From: Dudresnaya verticillata
Taxonomy: Eukaryota
Reading direction: 5' to 3'
Assembly (NCBI GenBank): GCA_977862235.1
Contig: OZ374566.1
Span: 1-64,000, forward strand
Length of the DNA stretch: 64,000 bases
Under the pieces are notes generated by a model. The model did no database searches. It was not told where the DNA came from and saw only the letters and a list, made by a program, of their open reading frames with translations. Of the stretch, positions 50,101 through 61,725 are shown piece by piece (position 1 is the first letter of the stretch; the number at the start of each line of letters is the position of its first letter). The position numbers and the translations under genes are program-made.

Positions 50101-51193
50101 CTGCGTACAGCTGGTCGTAAACACAGCTTGTTGCAATATCTAGAAGCGCCCATGAAGACGGCAATACAATACGCACCTCACCAATTCCGGGTCCCGTCTG
50201 TCTACTCGAGCGAGTCAGCTCCATTTCAGGACTCTGAGTAAACTGCACTTCTGCAGGGTCGACTTGTTCATTAAGCTGGTCGTTAATCACTCGTAAATCT
50301 TCTAATGGGAAGAACTTGATGACGCTCTTCGGGAATACCGTGCGAAGCAGCCTATCATAGAACCTTTTAACTGCTTTGTAGGAAGGAAGAGCTTCCTCGT
50401 GGTCCATACTGTTCACAATTGATCTGACAATATCAAACTGTTCAACCGAAAACCTCACACTGCTAGTTACCATTAACGTAGAAAGTAATCGGTTCTTGTT
50501 AGACCACTTCTTAAGTTCCCTTTCCAGAATACGTAAGTCTATGCCTAGTGATGTCGATCGACACGATTTTGCCACACCTGCCAAGTCTGATGAGCCTCCA
50601 AACTCCTTTTCGGCATCTCCCTCATCGTGTACTAGGTCTAGCATCTCGAGATGATCATCTTCCTCATCACTGCTCCGATGCTCATCACGTCCTGCGCTTC
50701 CCTCAATTTCCGAGCTGAAAGGGAGAAAGTCTACCCCGGACTCCCTATTATGTCGTTCGACTCTAAGTTGTTCTAATATGACTTCCGATGCAAGCGCTGT
50801 AGAACCTTGAGGCCGTCGAGTGCTGGATTCAGCTCCTTCAATGACTTCTTCGTCATAAAATGGTTCCTGTAATTTGTCAATATCCCTGTTCGCAATCGTG
50901 CCTATTGTGGATGGGAATCCCCTGTCTTGAGGTAAATCGGTACTGGCAGGTTCGTGCCTGTCTTCATCTCTTTCCTCGTCGAGTGCTGCGGACTGCCACG
51001 GCGGTGCTTCAGGAATTTCTTCTGCGTGGTCTTCCAAGTGTATATCGCTCGATACGACTGCTTGCTGATCGTGACCTCTTCTCTCCCGATATGGATCGAA
51101 TCTAGATTGTGCAAGACTCTGGAGCCATGTGGAGTTCTCAGAATATCTCTTCCGCTTCCGAGGCATGACCGAGGAGATCGAAATATAATACAA
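47198..51193 (-). pseudogene. CACTA/EnSpm-Plavaka-like (CMC-type) DDE transposase, about 1330 codons, with one in-frame stop at 49550
   Basis: LLYCDDF, FIGDYPA...PCTLC, VAPDHLLSG (D-x-H box), KPNLHRLLEL, ELLFEHAHQPLK. ORFs 49550-51193 and 47198-49525 are in the same frame, 24 nt apart. Confidence 0.75.
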
Positions 51194-51941
51194 TGACTCG
51201 AGTCACTGTTCACAGAATCCAAAAATGTTGCAGAGCTGTGCAACAAGGAGTTGAGATGAACAGGTAGTGCGATCGCACGATCTTTATGATGACTTCTGAG
51301 CTCAGCCGTAGGGTTGCATGTCCAATAATAACAGGGTAGACCAACAATGACATTGTTCTCCAGGCAAACCGTGGCTTGGTTTTTGAAGGCACGCGCGCGT
51401 CATTGTCGTTTGATCATACCGCACGATAATGGCATTAATCTCCATTGCTCCAGGCCATGATGTGCATTGTCTGCAGCATTTCATTGGCCAAGATCGATCT
51501 CGATTCTGCTGGCGAAAGCTCATGCGTGCTGTCGCGGGGTACATACCAGCGAAAAACCAGATGGCATGCCGCTGCAAAAGCTGTTACCAGCTAGCTGCTG
51601 CCAGCACTGTGTATGTGCCGGCACATGCTGGCTCGAGCCAGCTGCAGCAGCACTATGCGTATGCCATGTGACAACCTCAGCAAACAGCTCAAACCGCAAG
51701 CGTGCAGGACCCTGCGTCGACGCAATGTTAAGCATAATGGGGAACATCGATTCGAAGCAGGTTCCGATTCCGGGGCAAGAGTCGAGCGACGAAAATGTTG
51801 ATACTCTACTCCATACAAAAAGGGTTTTCCTTGAAGTATTTGAATATTGTGGGCTGTTGTCCAGGAGCATTGTCCATTAGAAGAGCCGCGAGAGTGTCGA
51901 GAACTTAGTTCAGTACTAGTGCCATGTGGTGCTAGCAACAT

Positions 51942-54674
51942 ATGGAAGCGGTGTGGCGCGTAAACACTCACAATTGTCATGTTGAACCAATATTGAATGC
52001 AATGATGCAACGGCTTAACGCGCCTGCCCCCGCCGTGTTGACTTCCGCGGCGCTTGCTCCACCAGCTGCAAAGACGCTCGTCTCCGCACCGGCTTCCGCC
52101 GACGCGTCTGCTCCACCAGTTCTACCGACGCTCGTCTCTATGCTGGTTGCTCCGCTTGCTTCTACCGCTCAGGGAAGTGCTCGAGCGAGCGCTGTACCAG
52201 GTCGGCATGCTGCAAGCTCTGTATCTGTTTTGGCTTACGTGCCGGCTTCCCCCGCCGCGCCTCCAGCACTGGAATCACCGACGAGTGCATCCACGCCGGT
52301 CGCCAATCCTGTGCCACCTGCTTCTACCGCTGCTGTAAGTGCTCGTGTGTCTACAGATGGATCACGTCAAGTTGCTACGCCGGCTTCCGCCGCCGCACCT
52401 TCCGGACAAGTGATAACGACGCTCGTTGCTATTGCCCCAACTACAGATACGCTCGAGAGTACAGAGCCTGTTCGCGCCGCACCATCGACGCTCGACACGG
52501 AACCGGTCGCCGCCGCTGCGCCTGCTCATCCAGCTGCGCCTCCTTTGTCCGCGGCCACACCTTTTTCTGGAGTCGCGTCAACAGCGCCTAACTCCACAGC
52601 TGTGCCTGCTCGGCCTTGCGCGCCCAGTGCTCCAGTTGCGGAGAGCCTGCCAGCCGGTTTCATTAGCGCACGTGGACCCAAGGATGCAGTCGATCCAGCC
52701 GCCATTACAGATCCTCATCACCTCAAGCGAACTAGAGATTTGCAGCAGCCGTCGTCTGTTCTCCAGTACGCCATTGAGGTCGGCATTGAGAAGGCGAGTT
52801 CGTCTAAGTTTGGAAGCAGTGTCGCGCAGCCAGTTCCCCTGTCAAAGGGTATCGCGCCATATCCGGGTACTCGCGCGACAAACGTTCTTTATCCAGAGAA
52901 AAGAAGGCCCCCGTCAGTGCTGAATCATCTTCGCCTGCAAGGTGTGCATCAGTGGTCCTATGAGCCTGTGCAAAGGCTCTCCTACAAGACCTATGTTGTT
53001 GAGAACGACAACCCACGAGCAGACATAGCTCGACTCAAGTATCTCGCGTCGCTCGACACTCGGTGTGCACGGGTATCGCTGCAAACATGGCAGGAGTATT
53101 GTGAGGAGCCTCGTTATCGTGTTCCATTCACGCTGTATTGCGACCGTACCTTTTGTCGTGACGGATTTGAGGCGTACTATCTTTATGCCATGGACATCTT
53201 GCTGAGTAATGATGACCTGGAGATCACAATGGAAAACCTCCCGCTGCTGAAGGACAGGGTGACCGATAGAAGGTGGTTTGCATTTGCCCAGCGGCCCGTA
53301 TTCTTCCGGGAACTGCACAACCGGATCTTGCACGACGTTTGGATTGCGTCGGATAGCTGCACGAGTCGCGAAATCGACACCCTCCCTCTATCTACTCTGC
53401 GGGATGACTTCCCAACACCTCCGAAATGGCTCGAGCAGTTCCACCAGCCGGCCGGACTCCCGGTACCGGCTCCTTTGGTTCTGTACTACTATCATAGGGA
53501 GCTTCGTTCGCAAGATGACGCTCGTCGTACGAAGAGGGTGGATAAGCTGCAGAAGGCCTTGAAGCTGGAATACGTCGTCATGTTTGTGGCTGCATGGTTC
53601 TTGGAAGCTGCTTTAGGGTCCAGGCAGTTCATTGTCCCGTTTGAAACCATTGAGGAGCCCGGAAAAATAATTGGGGATGTGACGATCGTCAAGAATGTCT
53701 CCAACGCGTATATTCTGTCCTTGATGCGCCTCGCCGCTGTGTCGGATTCCAAGCTGTACAACTGCTTCCACTTCGTGCGTTACTCGTGGATGATGGCTCA
53801 AAATGTTCGCGACACAAAGCCACCGGTTCCAGACAGTATCTTCTTGTGGGCGAAGAAAGGGACAGGAATCATGGACACGCAGGAGCCTTCCGGGAAGTTA
53901 TGCTTTGCCTCTTTGTGGACGAGGAATATGTCTGGAGCCGTGAAGACTGCGAAAAGGTGCGAAGAAGATTGGAAGTCTGCTCTTGACGCAGTGCTGCGTA
54001 CAGAAGACTACGACAGGGTGCCAGGTTTAAAGACTCTAATTCGCGCTCGGGGTTGGGATCAGTCGAGCGACCTTACTGTTGGAGATATTATCAAGAATCT
54101 CCTCGGGGTTCACAAGCAGTCCTTGAACACGTCCATGCGAACTGCGAATATGTACAATGACGATCGTCAACAGCAAGGATATGGCGATGATGGATACTAT
54201 GACCGCGGTCAGAAGCGCAGGTTGGGGGTTGGGTATCGTGATGCTTATTATGGAAATACGGGCAATGACGGTTACAGTTCCCAGCGCCATCGTATTTCGT
54301 ACGATGGATGGGACAATGCTGTGGATGGGAGAACTCTTCGTACTTCGGATGCCAGGCGTGGTTATGACTCTCGCTACAACCAAGAGTTCACTTCCTGGCG
54401 TCAGAATCTAAGCAGTCCTTATCATGGGTTGGAAAGACGTCGAAGCATCGGAGCAGGCTACTATGACGAGCGTCGTGCCGAGGGACGCCCCAGTACTGGA
54501 GCAATTGCTCCAGCGCCGTTGGAAGATGAACCGCGGCCGAGGACGGGCACTCCAGCACAAGTTGTTGACTGCACTGCTGCACGGGTAGACCGCAGCGGCA
54601 GCCGAGATCCGACGATGATGGAGAATAGGCATCCAAGCTCCTTCCGTGACTACTTTGCCAACTCTGAAAAGTAG
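51942..54674 (+). CDS. 910-aa unknown protein: Pro/Ala-rich N-terminus, aromatic-rich globular core, Gly/Tyr/Asp/Arg-rich tail
   Basis: Long uninterrupted ORF; its core aligns by eye with the Gypsy-1 antisense ORF 25199-25984. Confidence 0.75.
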   Translation: MEAVWRVNTHNCHVEPILNAMMQRLNAPAPAVLTSAALAPPAAKTLVSAPASADASAPPVLPTLVSMLVAPLASTAQGSARASAVPGRHAASSVSVLAYVPASPAAPPALESPTSASTPVANPVPPASTAAVSARVSTDGSRQVATPASAAAPSGQVITTLVAIAPTTDTLESTEPVRAAPSTLDTEPVAAAAPAHPAAPPLSAATPFSGVASTAPNSTAVPARPCAPSAPVAESLPAGFISARGPKDAVDPAAITDPHHLKRTRDLQQPSSVLQYAIEVGIEKASSSKFGSSVAQPVPLSKGIAPYPGTRATNVLYPEKRRPPSVLNHLRLQGVHQWSYEPVQRLSYKTYVVENDNPRADIARLKYLASLDTRCARVSLQTWQEYCEEPRYRVPFTLYCDRTFCRDGFEAYYLYAMDILLSNDDLEITMENLPLLKDRVTDRRWFAFAQRPVFFRELHNRILHDVWIASDSCTSREIDTLPLSTLRDDFPTPPKWLEQFHQPAGLPVPAPLVLYYYHRELRSQDDARRTKRVDKLQKALKLEYVVMFVAAWFLEAALGSRQFIVPFETIEEPGKIIGDVTIVKNVSNAYILSLMRLAAVSDSKLYNCFHFVRYSWMMAQNVRDTKPPVPDSIFLWAKKGTGIMDTQEPSGKLCFASLWTRNMSGAVKTAKRCEEDWKSALDAVLRTEDYDRVPGLKTLIRARGWDQSSDLTVGDIIKNLLGVHKQSLNTSMRTANMYNDDRQQQGYGDDGYYDRGQKRRLGVGYRDAYYGNTGNDGYSSQRHRISYDGWDNAVDGRTLRTSDARRGYDSRYNQEFTSWRQNLSSPYHGLERRRSIGAGYYDERRAEGRPSTGAIAPAPLEDEPRPRTGTPAQVVDCTAARVDRSGSRDPTMMENRHPSSFRDYFANSEK

Positions 54675-56789
54675 TTACCAATTAGCATGGCCTGATGTAG
54701 AGCTACAGTAGACATCAACTGCAGTTCGCATTCCAAACAAGAAAAAGGCGCCTGAACATCTTCATGAATAACATGACCCGTTTGTACTAATGTATTGCTC
54801 GAGCATCTGACCTTGTCCCACCTATCCAGCAAGTCCCTCCTTAAGCACGTGCTCGCGCGCATATACTGCCCGAACTCGCGAGTCATCGTAAATATCCAGA
54901 GCTCAATACCGGCTTTCCCATTGTCCGCGAGGTTAATCAGCAGCACATCTTCGGCGGCGGCGGCAGCCTTTTCCCCATTCTTCTGCGTACCTGCTATTTG
55001 CCGTGCTCCACTGCAGTTGGCAATGCGGGCTCATGCAAGCAACTCACACAAGCCGGGCGGCGCTCCAAGGTGGTCTCCGAAGAGCTCTCGGCCGTCTCAT
55101 TCTCATATGCCCATACGGTTAGATATATCTAACCGTATAGGCGACGCGGGGGTAGTCGGGGGTGGGGAGACCGCGCGGTCTCTGCGTGCGCACGCAGCTC
55201 AATAATGCGAATGAGTGCAGTCTGTCGGTGGCCGAGCCAGTAATGAATGGTGAGCGGGGTGGAGCACGGGGTGGTGACGTCGGCGCCCTCAACGCGCAGA
55301 AAGCCGCTCCAACGGCCATTGGTGAGGGCGAGCGCCTGGCCACGCAGAAAGTACATGGAGAGCAGGCCCGCCCGGGCGCATTGCGGGTAGGTATGGGTGT
55401 GGGGCTCCCATTGCCATTTGGCTTAAGTTAATAGCAATAACAATTATTGCACGGTCGACCGTCGACAGTGCTCACTCGACATTGCACAGTGATAGGTGCC
55501 TGCAGTTGTGCAGATGTGAGAAAAGCATAGATTCTGATGCTCCCGGTGCCGCGGCCCAAATCAACCACATTGTTGGCATTGTTGCGATTGCGGCATATCA
55601 CCACGTGGGGCGCTACATTTCGTGCAGCGATCACAAAGCGCTGCCGGAAAGAATCACAGGGGGTCGATTTCAAATCAATGGCTGCTGTTCGGGGTCACAG
55701 TATGGGTTGAAAATTTAGAGTCAGCCATTGGTTGCCCGTGACCGAAAGGGGAGGTCAATGCCACTTGTAATAGCTTGCCATCGATTTTAGGCGGACTTTG
55801 CCTCGACACAAGCGACGAGCTTCAGACTGTAACAGACTTTCTGGCACTCGAGCTTGCTCGGAAGCCCCCACCCTTGATCAAGCAGACTTTCACATCATGA
55901 CGCCCAGATTCGATACAGCGCCAGATTCCACAAGTGCACAAGCCCAGCTACGACACAAGAGACGAGCGTCGGACGAGACTTGCAGTTGAAGCATGCATGG
56001 AAAAGAAACTCTGTGAAATGCCGGCCATCCGGATGGCTCTCAAGGCGAGCGTCGATCCATCGGCAAAGGCGATAACGACAAGTTGTGAATTCACATATTC
56101 CGTAAGTAACATCGGCGCTGGCGAGTCTCGGTGGGTAATGCACTCTATCACTCACACTAACATGAACTTTTGTCATAACTTGAAAGTTCCGCGGGGAGTA
56201 TGTGTGCTATTCTTTCGCACAACTGCAGGTGCACATGACCTTGAAGGAAGTGGAAGATCCTCAACGTGTACTGGGGAATGACTGCGGCAGTCTTCAGCAG
56301 CTTACTAATACTGAGATCATATGCAGACTATCTGGAGACGCTTCCCTTTGACATTTTGGAATAAGCAGAATGCATTGCCATGGCGCTGCATGGCCCGATT
56401 ATCTAACCTTCCCTGTGCTAACCGCTCTTTCGCCTTTCACGTTAAGGAGAAATCTGTCGAGCGACATTACCTTGTCATGTCACAACGATTTCATCAGGTT
56501 AACTTGGGAACGACCTTGCGAAGTGTAAGTGCTCATTGTCCTTTAGCATGCCACGTTTTGTCGAGCAAATGTATCTTGTTAACAACGGAGTTCCATCTTT
56601 CGGGATCTGCAGCTCCCCAAAAACGGAACAAGATACCGTGCCTACGATCATTCTAATTTCAAGTGCTGACTTTCTAGGTGCCGTCGCAATGTGCTACGCA
56701 ATCGCCGTCACGCTGAGTATCCAGCGCCGAATACACGCACCTGTGTGGGTTTGGTTCCTGTTTCTATAACTACTTACGCGACTTCAACT

Positions 56790-57360
56790 GGAGTCGTGCA
56801 ACGGGGCGAGGTACGGTCAACGAGCAATGCATCAAGTGTAGTTGAACAACTGCGACAGTAGGACAAGGAGCAATTCATCAAGTGTAATCGAACAAAGGCG
56901 ACAATTGGACAACGGTGAATGTATCAAGTGTAGTCGCACGACGGCGACAGTGGGACGATGAGAAATGGATCAAGGGTAGTCGAACGACGGCGAGAGTGGG
57001 ACAACGAGCAACGCATCAAGAGTAGTCGAGTGACGGCGAGAGTGGGACAATGAGCAATGGATCAAGGGTACTCGAACGAAGGCGAACGACGGCGAGAGTG
57101 GGACAATGGATCAAGGCGAGAGTGGGAGCAATGGATCAAGGGTAGTCGAACGACGGTGAACGACGGCGAGAGTGGGACAACGAGCAATGCATCAAGAGTA
57201 GTCGAACGACGGCGAGAGTGGGACAACGAGCAATGCATCAAGAGTAGTCGAGCGAGGGCGAGAGTGGGAAAAAGAGCAATGTATCAAGTGTAGTCGAACG
57301 GCGGCGACAGTAGGACAACGAGCAATGTATCAAGTGTAGTAGAATGACGGCGACGGTAGG
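56790..57360. repeat. 46-bp minisatellite, about 12 diverged units
   Basis: ACAACGAGCAATGCATCAAGAGTAGTCGAACGACGGCGAGAGTGGG; period 46 (57001, 57047). Confidence 0.9.
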
Positions 57361-58274
57361 AATACAAAGTAAACCTTGCTATGGAGACCTTCCTGCATCG
57401 CATTCTTAGCGACGAATGAGTCGTCCGGTACCAACAGAATGAATATCTGCAGAGCTAGGCGGTTGTAGGGTAGCATCAACGATATGAATACGTGCTAGCC
57501 TTTGCCGACATCGTGCTGCGACGGAATGGCCGGAGCTGCCAAAGGAATGACGGGAAGGTCTCAAGTCAATACAGATCATCGTCATCGCAATGACGCGCGT
57601 CACATTCGAATCCGTATCAACGCCAGGCTCTGAAAACGAGCAACGTAGTACATCGCAGTCAGACAGTCGCACGATAGCGATTCAATGCGAGGATTGACTC
57701 GGAGCAAGCGATTCATGCGCTGTGGTTGTGATATGTCGAATCAGTGCAGACGACGGGCGTCATCACCTGCGCCCCACTGATCTCATGGGGCTGCATGTGA
57801 AAAATTACCTGTCATTTTATCAATAATAGATTGCTGGAAATTACGTGCGCAAAGATATGTACCGACAAATTTGAATGCCTTGATTTCGAACACAAATGGC
57901 GCGCGCCAATGCAGTACGTCTTTCAATGTATTGAATCGGTCAGAAAATGACCTTGTAGTGGGCCGCGTTGCCGAGTCGTGGCTGCGCGGATCGGGTGCCT
58001 ATCGTGCCCGCCGCCGAAGCCGTGTCGCGCGGCTCAGGTTAGCCCGGCGCGGTGTGGCGGGTGGCAGGGATCACATCGCGCGGCCGAATTGGGGCCCCAC
58101 GGGTGTTCGGAGTCCTGCGGATGGCGGGGTGTCTGGCGATGCGGATGCTGGAACGGAGGTGCAGCAGTGAGGATCGCGGTGCGGGTACGGATGGCGCTGC
58201 GAACAGACAACGCGTTACGGATGGCGCCACATGCGGGTAGCGGTGCGGCGCTGTGGATGGCGGTGCGGCGCTGT

Positions 58275-58634
58275 GGATGGCGCCGCGGATGGCGCCGCGG
58301 ATGGCGGTGCGGATGGCGGTGCGGATGGCGGTGCGGATGGCGGTGCGGATGGCGGTGCGGATGGCGGTGCGGATGGCGGTGCGGATGGCGGTGTGGATGG
58401 CGGTGTGGATGGCGGTGCGGATGGCGGTGCGGATGGCGGTGCGGATGGCGGTGCGGATGGCGGTGCGGATGGCGGTGCGGATGGCGGTGCGGATGGCGGT
58501 GCGGATGGCGGTGCGGATGGCGGTGCGGATGGCGGTGCGGATGGCGGTGCGGATGGCGGTGCGGATGGCGGTGCGGATGGCGGTGCGGATGGCGGTGCGG
58601 ATGGCGGTGCGGATGGCGGTGCGGATGGCGGTGC
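58275..58634. repeat. 12-bp minisatellite (GGATGGCGGTGC) x ~30
   Basis: Nearly perfect array, open in all six frames. Confidence 0.95.
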
Positions 58635-60008
58635 GGTGGTGCGGAAGTGCGGCGGTGGGGATGGCTCCGAAACGGTGAGACGGTGCGGAAGTGTGGCGGT
58701 GGAGATGGCTCCGCGACGGTGCGGTGGTGCCGATGGCGTTGTGCACAGCAAGGGGCTACGCGAGCGCTGCAGATGGCGTTGCGGTAGCTGCGATGCGGAA
58801 GACGGTGGGGGTGGAACTTTCCTGGTCGAGGAAGGCAGGGAGTGTTCACTCTCCACCCACGGTACTTCCCAGCGCCAGCGGGCGCGCGCTAAGTCGAAGG
58901 GTAACAGTCCCGGGGTCGAGATACGCAACGTCGTCATCGAGAGCTGACTCACCCGCGTACGTATCAGGGTGTTCCAAGCCTTGGCTTCTGCCCTCTTCCC
59001 GCCCAAGCGGCGTATCTCATCCCGATTGGCCCCTGCCCGGGGGCCTCACATGGTTCAGGTCTGTACGCACCTGCCAGTCGCGGCTGGCCGCTATGTCCGC
59101 GGGAACGCCTCCCGCCACCACGGAGACCGGCGCCACATTGTCGGAAGACCCTGGCTGTCCATACTGGAAGTGCGGATTCACGGGCATGGTGCCAAGGTGT
59201 GAGTGGCTCTCGAAGAACTTCTGTAGTTCTCCTGCAACGGGCCTGGCCCGGAGGTCTTCTTCTGGCAACTGCAAAGTCGCTGACTTGACCAGACGGTCGG
59301 CCGTGGAGGATAATGCGCGTTGGGCGTGAAGCTGTCCGCGTTGGGCGACCGGCTCGCGGTGAATATCCGTACTGCGTGGAGACGCAAGTCGGCGACGAAG
59401 ACGCGCGCGCGGAGTTGACACGCAGAGATTGCCGAAGAGGCGCACCCGCGGAGGAAGTGTGGAAGGAAGGCGCTGCACGCGCTCGAGGAATGAGGACGAC
59501 AATGCCGCGATGTGTGCGCGAGTTGGGATGGGTACCGGTGCAAAACACCTTGTGACGACGCGGGTGCAGACCCCGATATGAGCCCACGATTTCGGAGCGC
59601 TGGCTCAGAGTGCGGGACTTCTCGTCGACGGAGTCCCAGTCGCAGACGTTACAATACGCCGGCTTTGGCCCGAAAAATCTGGCGGGACGCCAATGCAAGT
59701 TGGAATCGGCTCAGACCTCGCGGGGCTCTCGGTCTTACGAGGGGAACCGTGTGGCACAACGGCGATTTGCGCCAAATGGGCCTTCGACGCTGTAAGTAGT
59801 AACGGGCCAATGCCCTGTAAGAAGCTGTCATTGTTGGGCTGCGCCATGATGCGACACGTGATTGGCGCCTGGCGCAAAATCATCTGCGCCTCAGACATGC
59901 AATTGGCGCCTGATCATTGGTGCGGCACTGGGATATTTCCCGATTATACGCCGCCACATGGGCGTAGATCCGCCTCCCATTGCTCAATGTAATTCGTGTA
60001 CAGTACAC

Positions 60009-60926
60009 TGTGGTAGTTAGTATTAGCACGGGCATAAGCCCTATTTATTGGTCCTCTGAATAGCAGGGCACCCCTGATTGAACCGTACGGGGAGTTTCTC
60101 GGACTTGACCATTTTCTGGATTCCGGGCGCTTCCCGTTTCCTTTTTGGACGCCAACTACAGGCTCGTCACCGTACGGCAGGTTCCCTGCGGAATACCGGG
60201 TCGCGTCCCCCCTTTTTCCTTTTCCCTTTTCCTTGGCCTAGCGACATTCTACCAAGCCTCTACCACACCCCAGCTACCCGTGAGCACGACGGTTCCGGAC
60301 AGGTGTCCTTTGTCATTTTTGCTCTTCCTGGGCTGGACCCGTTGTGCTACATAAGGCCCAAATGCATTGCTGGCCACTTCGTATGGCATTGCTGGGAACA
60401 GCACAACGCCAATGAGATGGCTAGCCGTGATTGGCTGATTTACAATGGCCTTACGCGCAAGAGCGCGCCGGAGTCATAGGCACCTTAAGTGCGCAGGGCG
60501 GAGTACGACCGCTCACTACCTCATTGTAATTATTAACGCTACTTTCAATAGCTTAGAATAGGAATAGCGGCGAAGGCGCTTTCGGCCTTCGCCATATTTA
60601 TTGCGCCCCTGACTAGCAGGGGTCTGCTGAATAGAACCCTACGGTGGGTTTCGGGTCTGTACCCTTTCTTTGGTCTACACGGGCTCGCCGTAATCCCCTT
60701 TCCAGGTGCTTTACAAGCTTTAGCCTCGTACGGCTTTGTACTCTACGAGTGTTAGGGTGGCGCCGCCCCTTTTTCCTTTACTTCAGGCACGCTAGCCTTT
60801 TTCCCCTTTTCCCTCAAAGTCTCTACCAACTCCCCATTGAGCTACCCTCGTTAGGGTGTGTGCGCGCACGGGACAGCTGTCCTTGCCGTTTAGCGGGCTA
60901 CTGGCTCGTCGCGCCATACTACTACA
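60009..60926 (+). mobile_element. Possible solo LTR
   Basis: TGTGGTAGT...ACTACTACA imperfect terminal inverted repeat and pyrimidine tracts like the other LTRs here; no TSD found. Confidence 0.35.
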
Positions 60927-61725
60927 CGTGGGTGTGGTCATCGCGATGAAATGTGATTTGATGCGCCGCCGACGCTGGCGCGCCGCGCCAAATCCCCCCC
61001 GCGTCGCCGGCCGAACAGAAGAGCGCGCTTTCGGGTGTCACGACCTGTCACTCTTGTCACACCCAACACGTGTACAACGCGTACAGCGGGCAGCTGCCGC
61101 GCCGTTGGTCTCAGGGGTGTGTGGGGGTGTGGGACATGCGCCGTGAGAAGGATGATTGGCGTGGAGGTGGGACACGCGTCCTTAGCTGCGGACGAAACGG
61201 ATGTGGGGCTCGTGGTTGGCCAAGAGTGGTCAATCAACTAGCTGGGGACGAAACGAGGGGAGCCAATGGGATGCCAAGTTTAGCTGGGGACGAAAAGCTA
61301 TTGACCAATCACCGGGCTGGGGAGAAACTTGATTGAAACCTCTGGCACCCCAGGTGCCATGGCACACGCCCCACTGTATGTACACAATTTTCGATGTCGA
61401 GACTACATTTAAAAAAGAGCCTCCATTCAACCGCGACTCAATGCTCTCACCATTGACGCGAAGCTCTGTGTTGCGAAGGAATCTGTGGATTCTATAGCTC
61501 TTGCTCCATAAGAGCTCAAATCGACACCATGTAAAATATTGGACAACTGAGTTTTGACGATTCGTTTCAGTGCCGTGATCCAAATACCCCTGGAAGGTAG
61601 ACTACGTTGGGTATTGAACGCGCCAAGAATAACCCATCATTCCCATTGCATTCATGCCCATGAGGTAGCTATGTAGCACGGGAGAAAGTTTTACTAAGGA
61701 ACCCAGAGCTGTCGAAGATGGCAAC

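Noticed and set aside
56790..57360. CRISPR-like appearance of the 46-bp array (also the 49-bp and 58-bp arrays)
   Set aside because: The units are head-to-tail with no unique spacers, there are no cas genes, and the context is a eukaryotic telomere.
57978..58947. ORFs with (CGWR)n, (HPHR)n, (TAIR)n, (DGGA)n and (MAVR)n repeats
   Set aside because: These are translations of a stop-free 12-bp minisatellite, with no independent evidence of coding.
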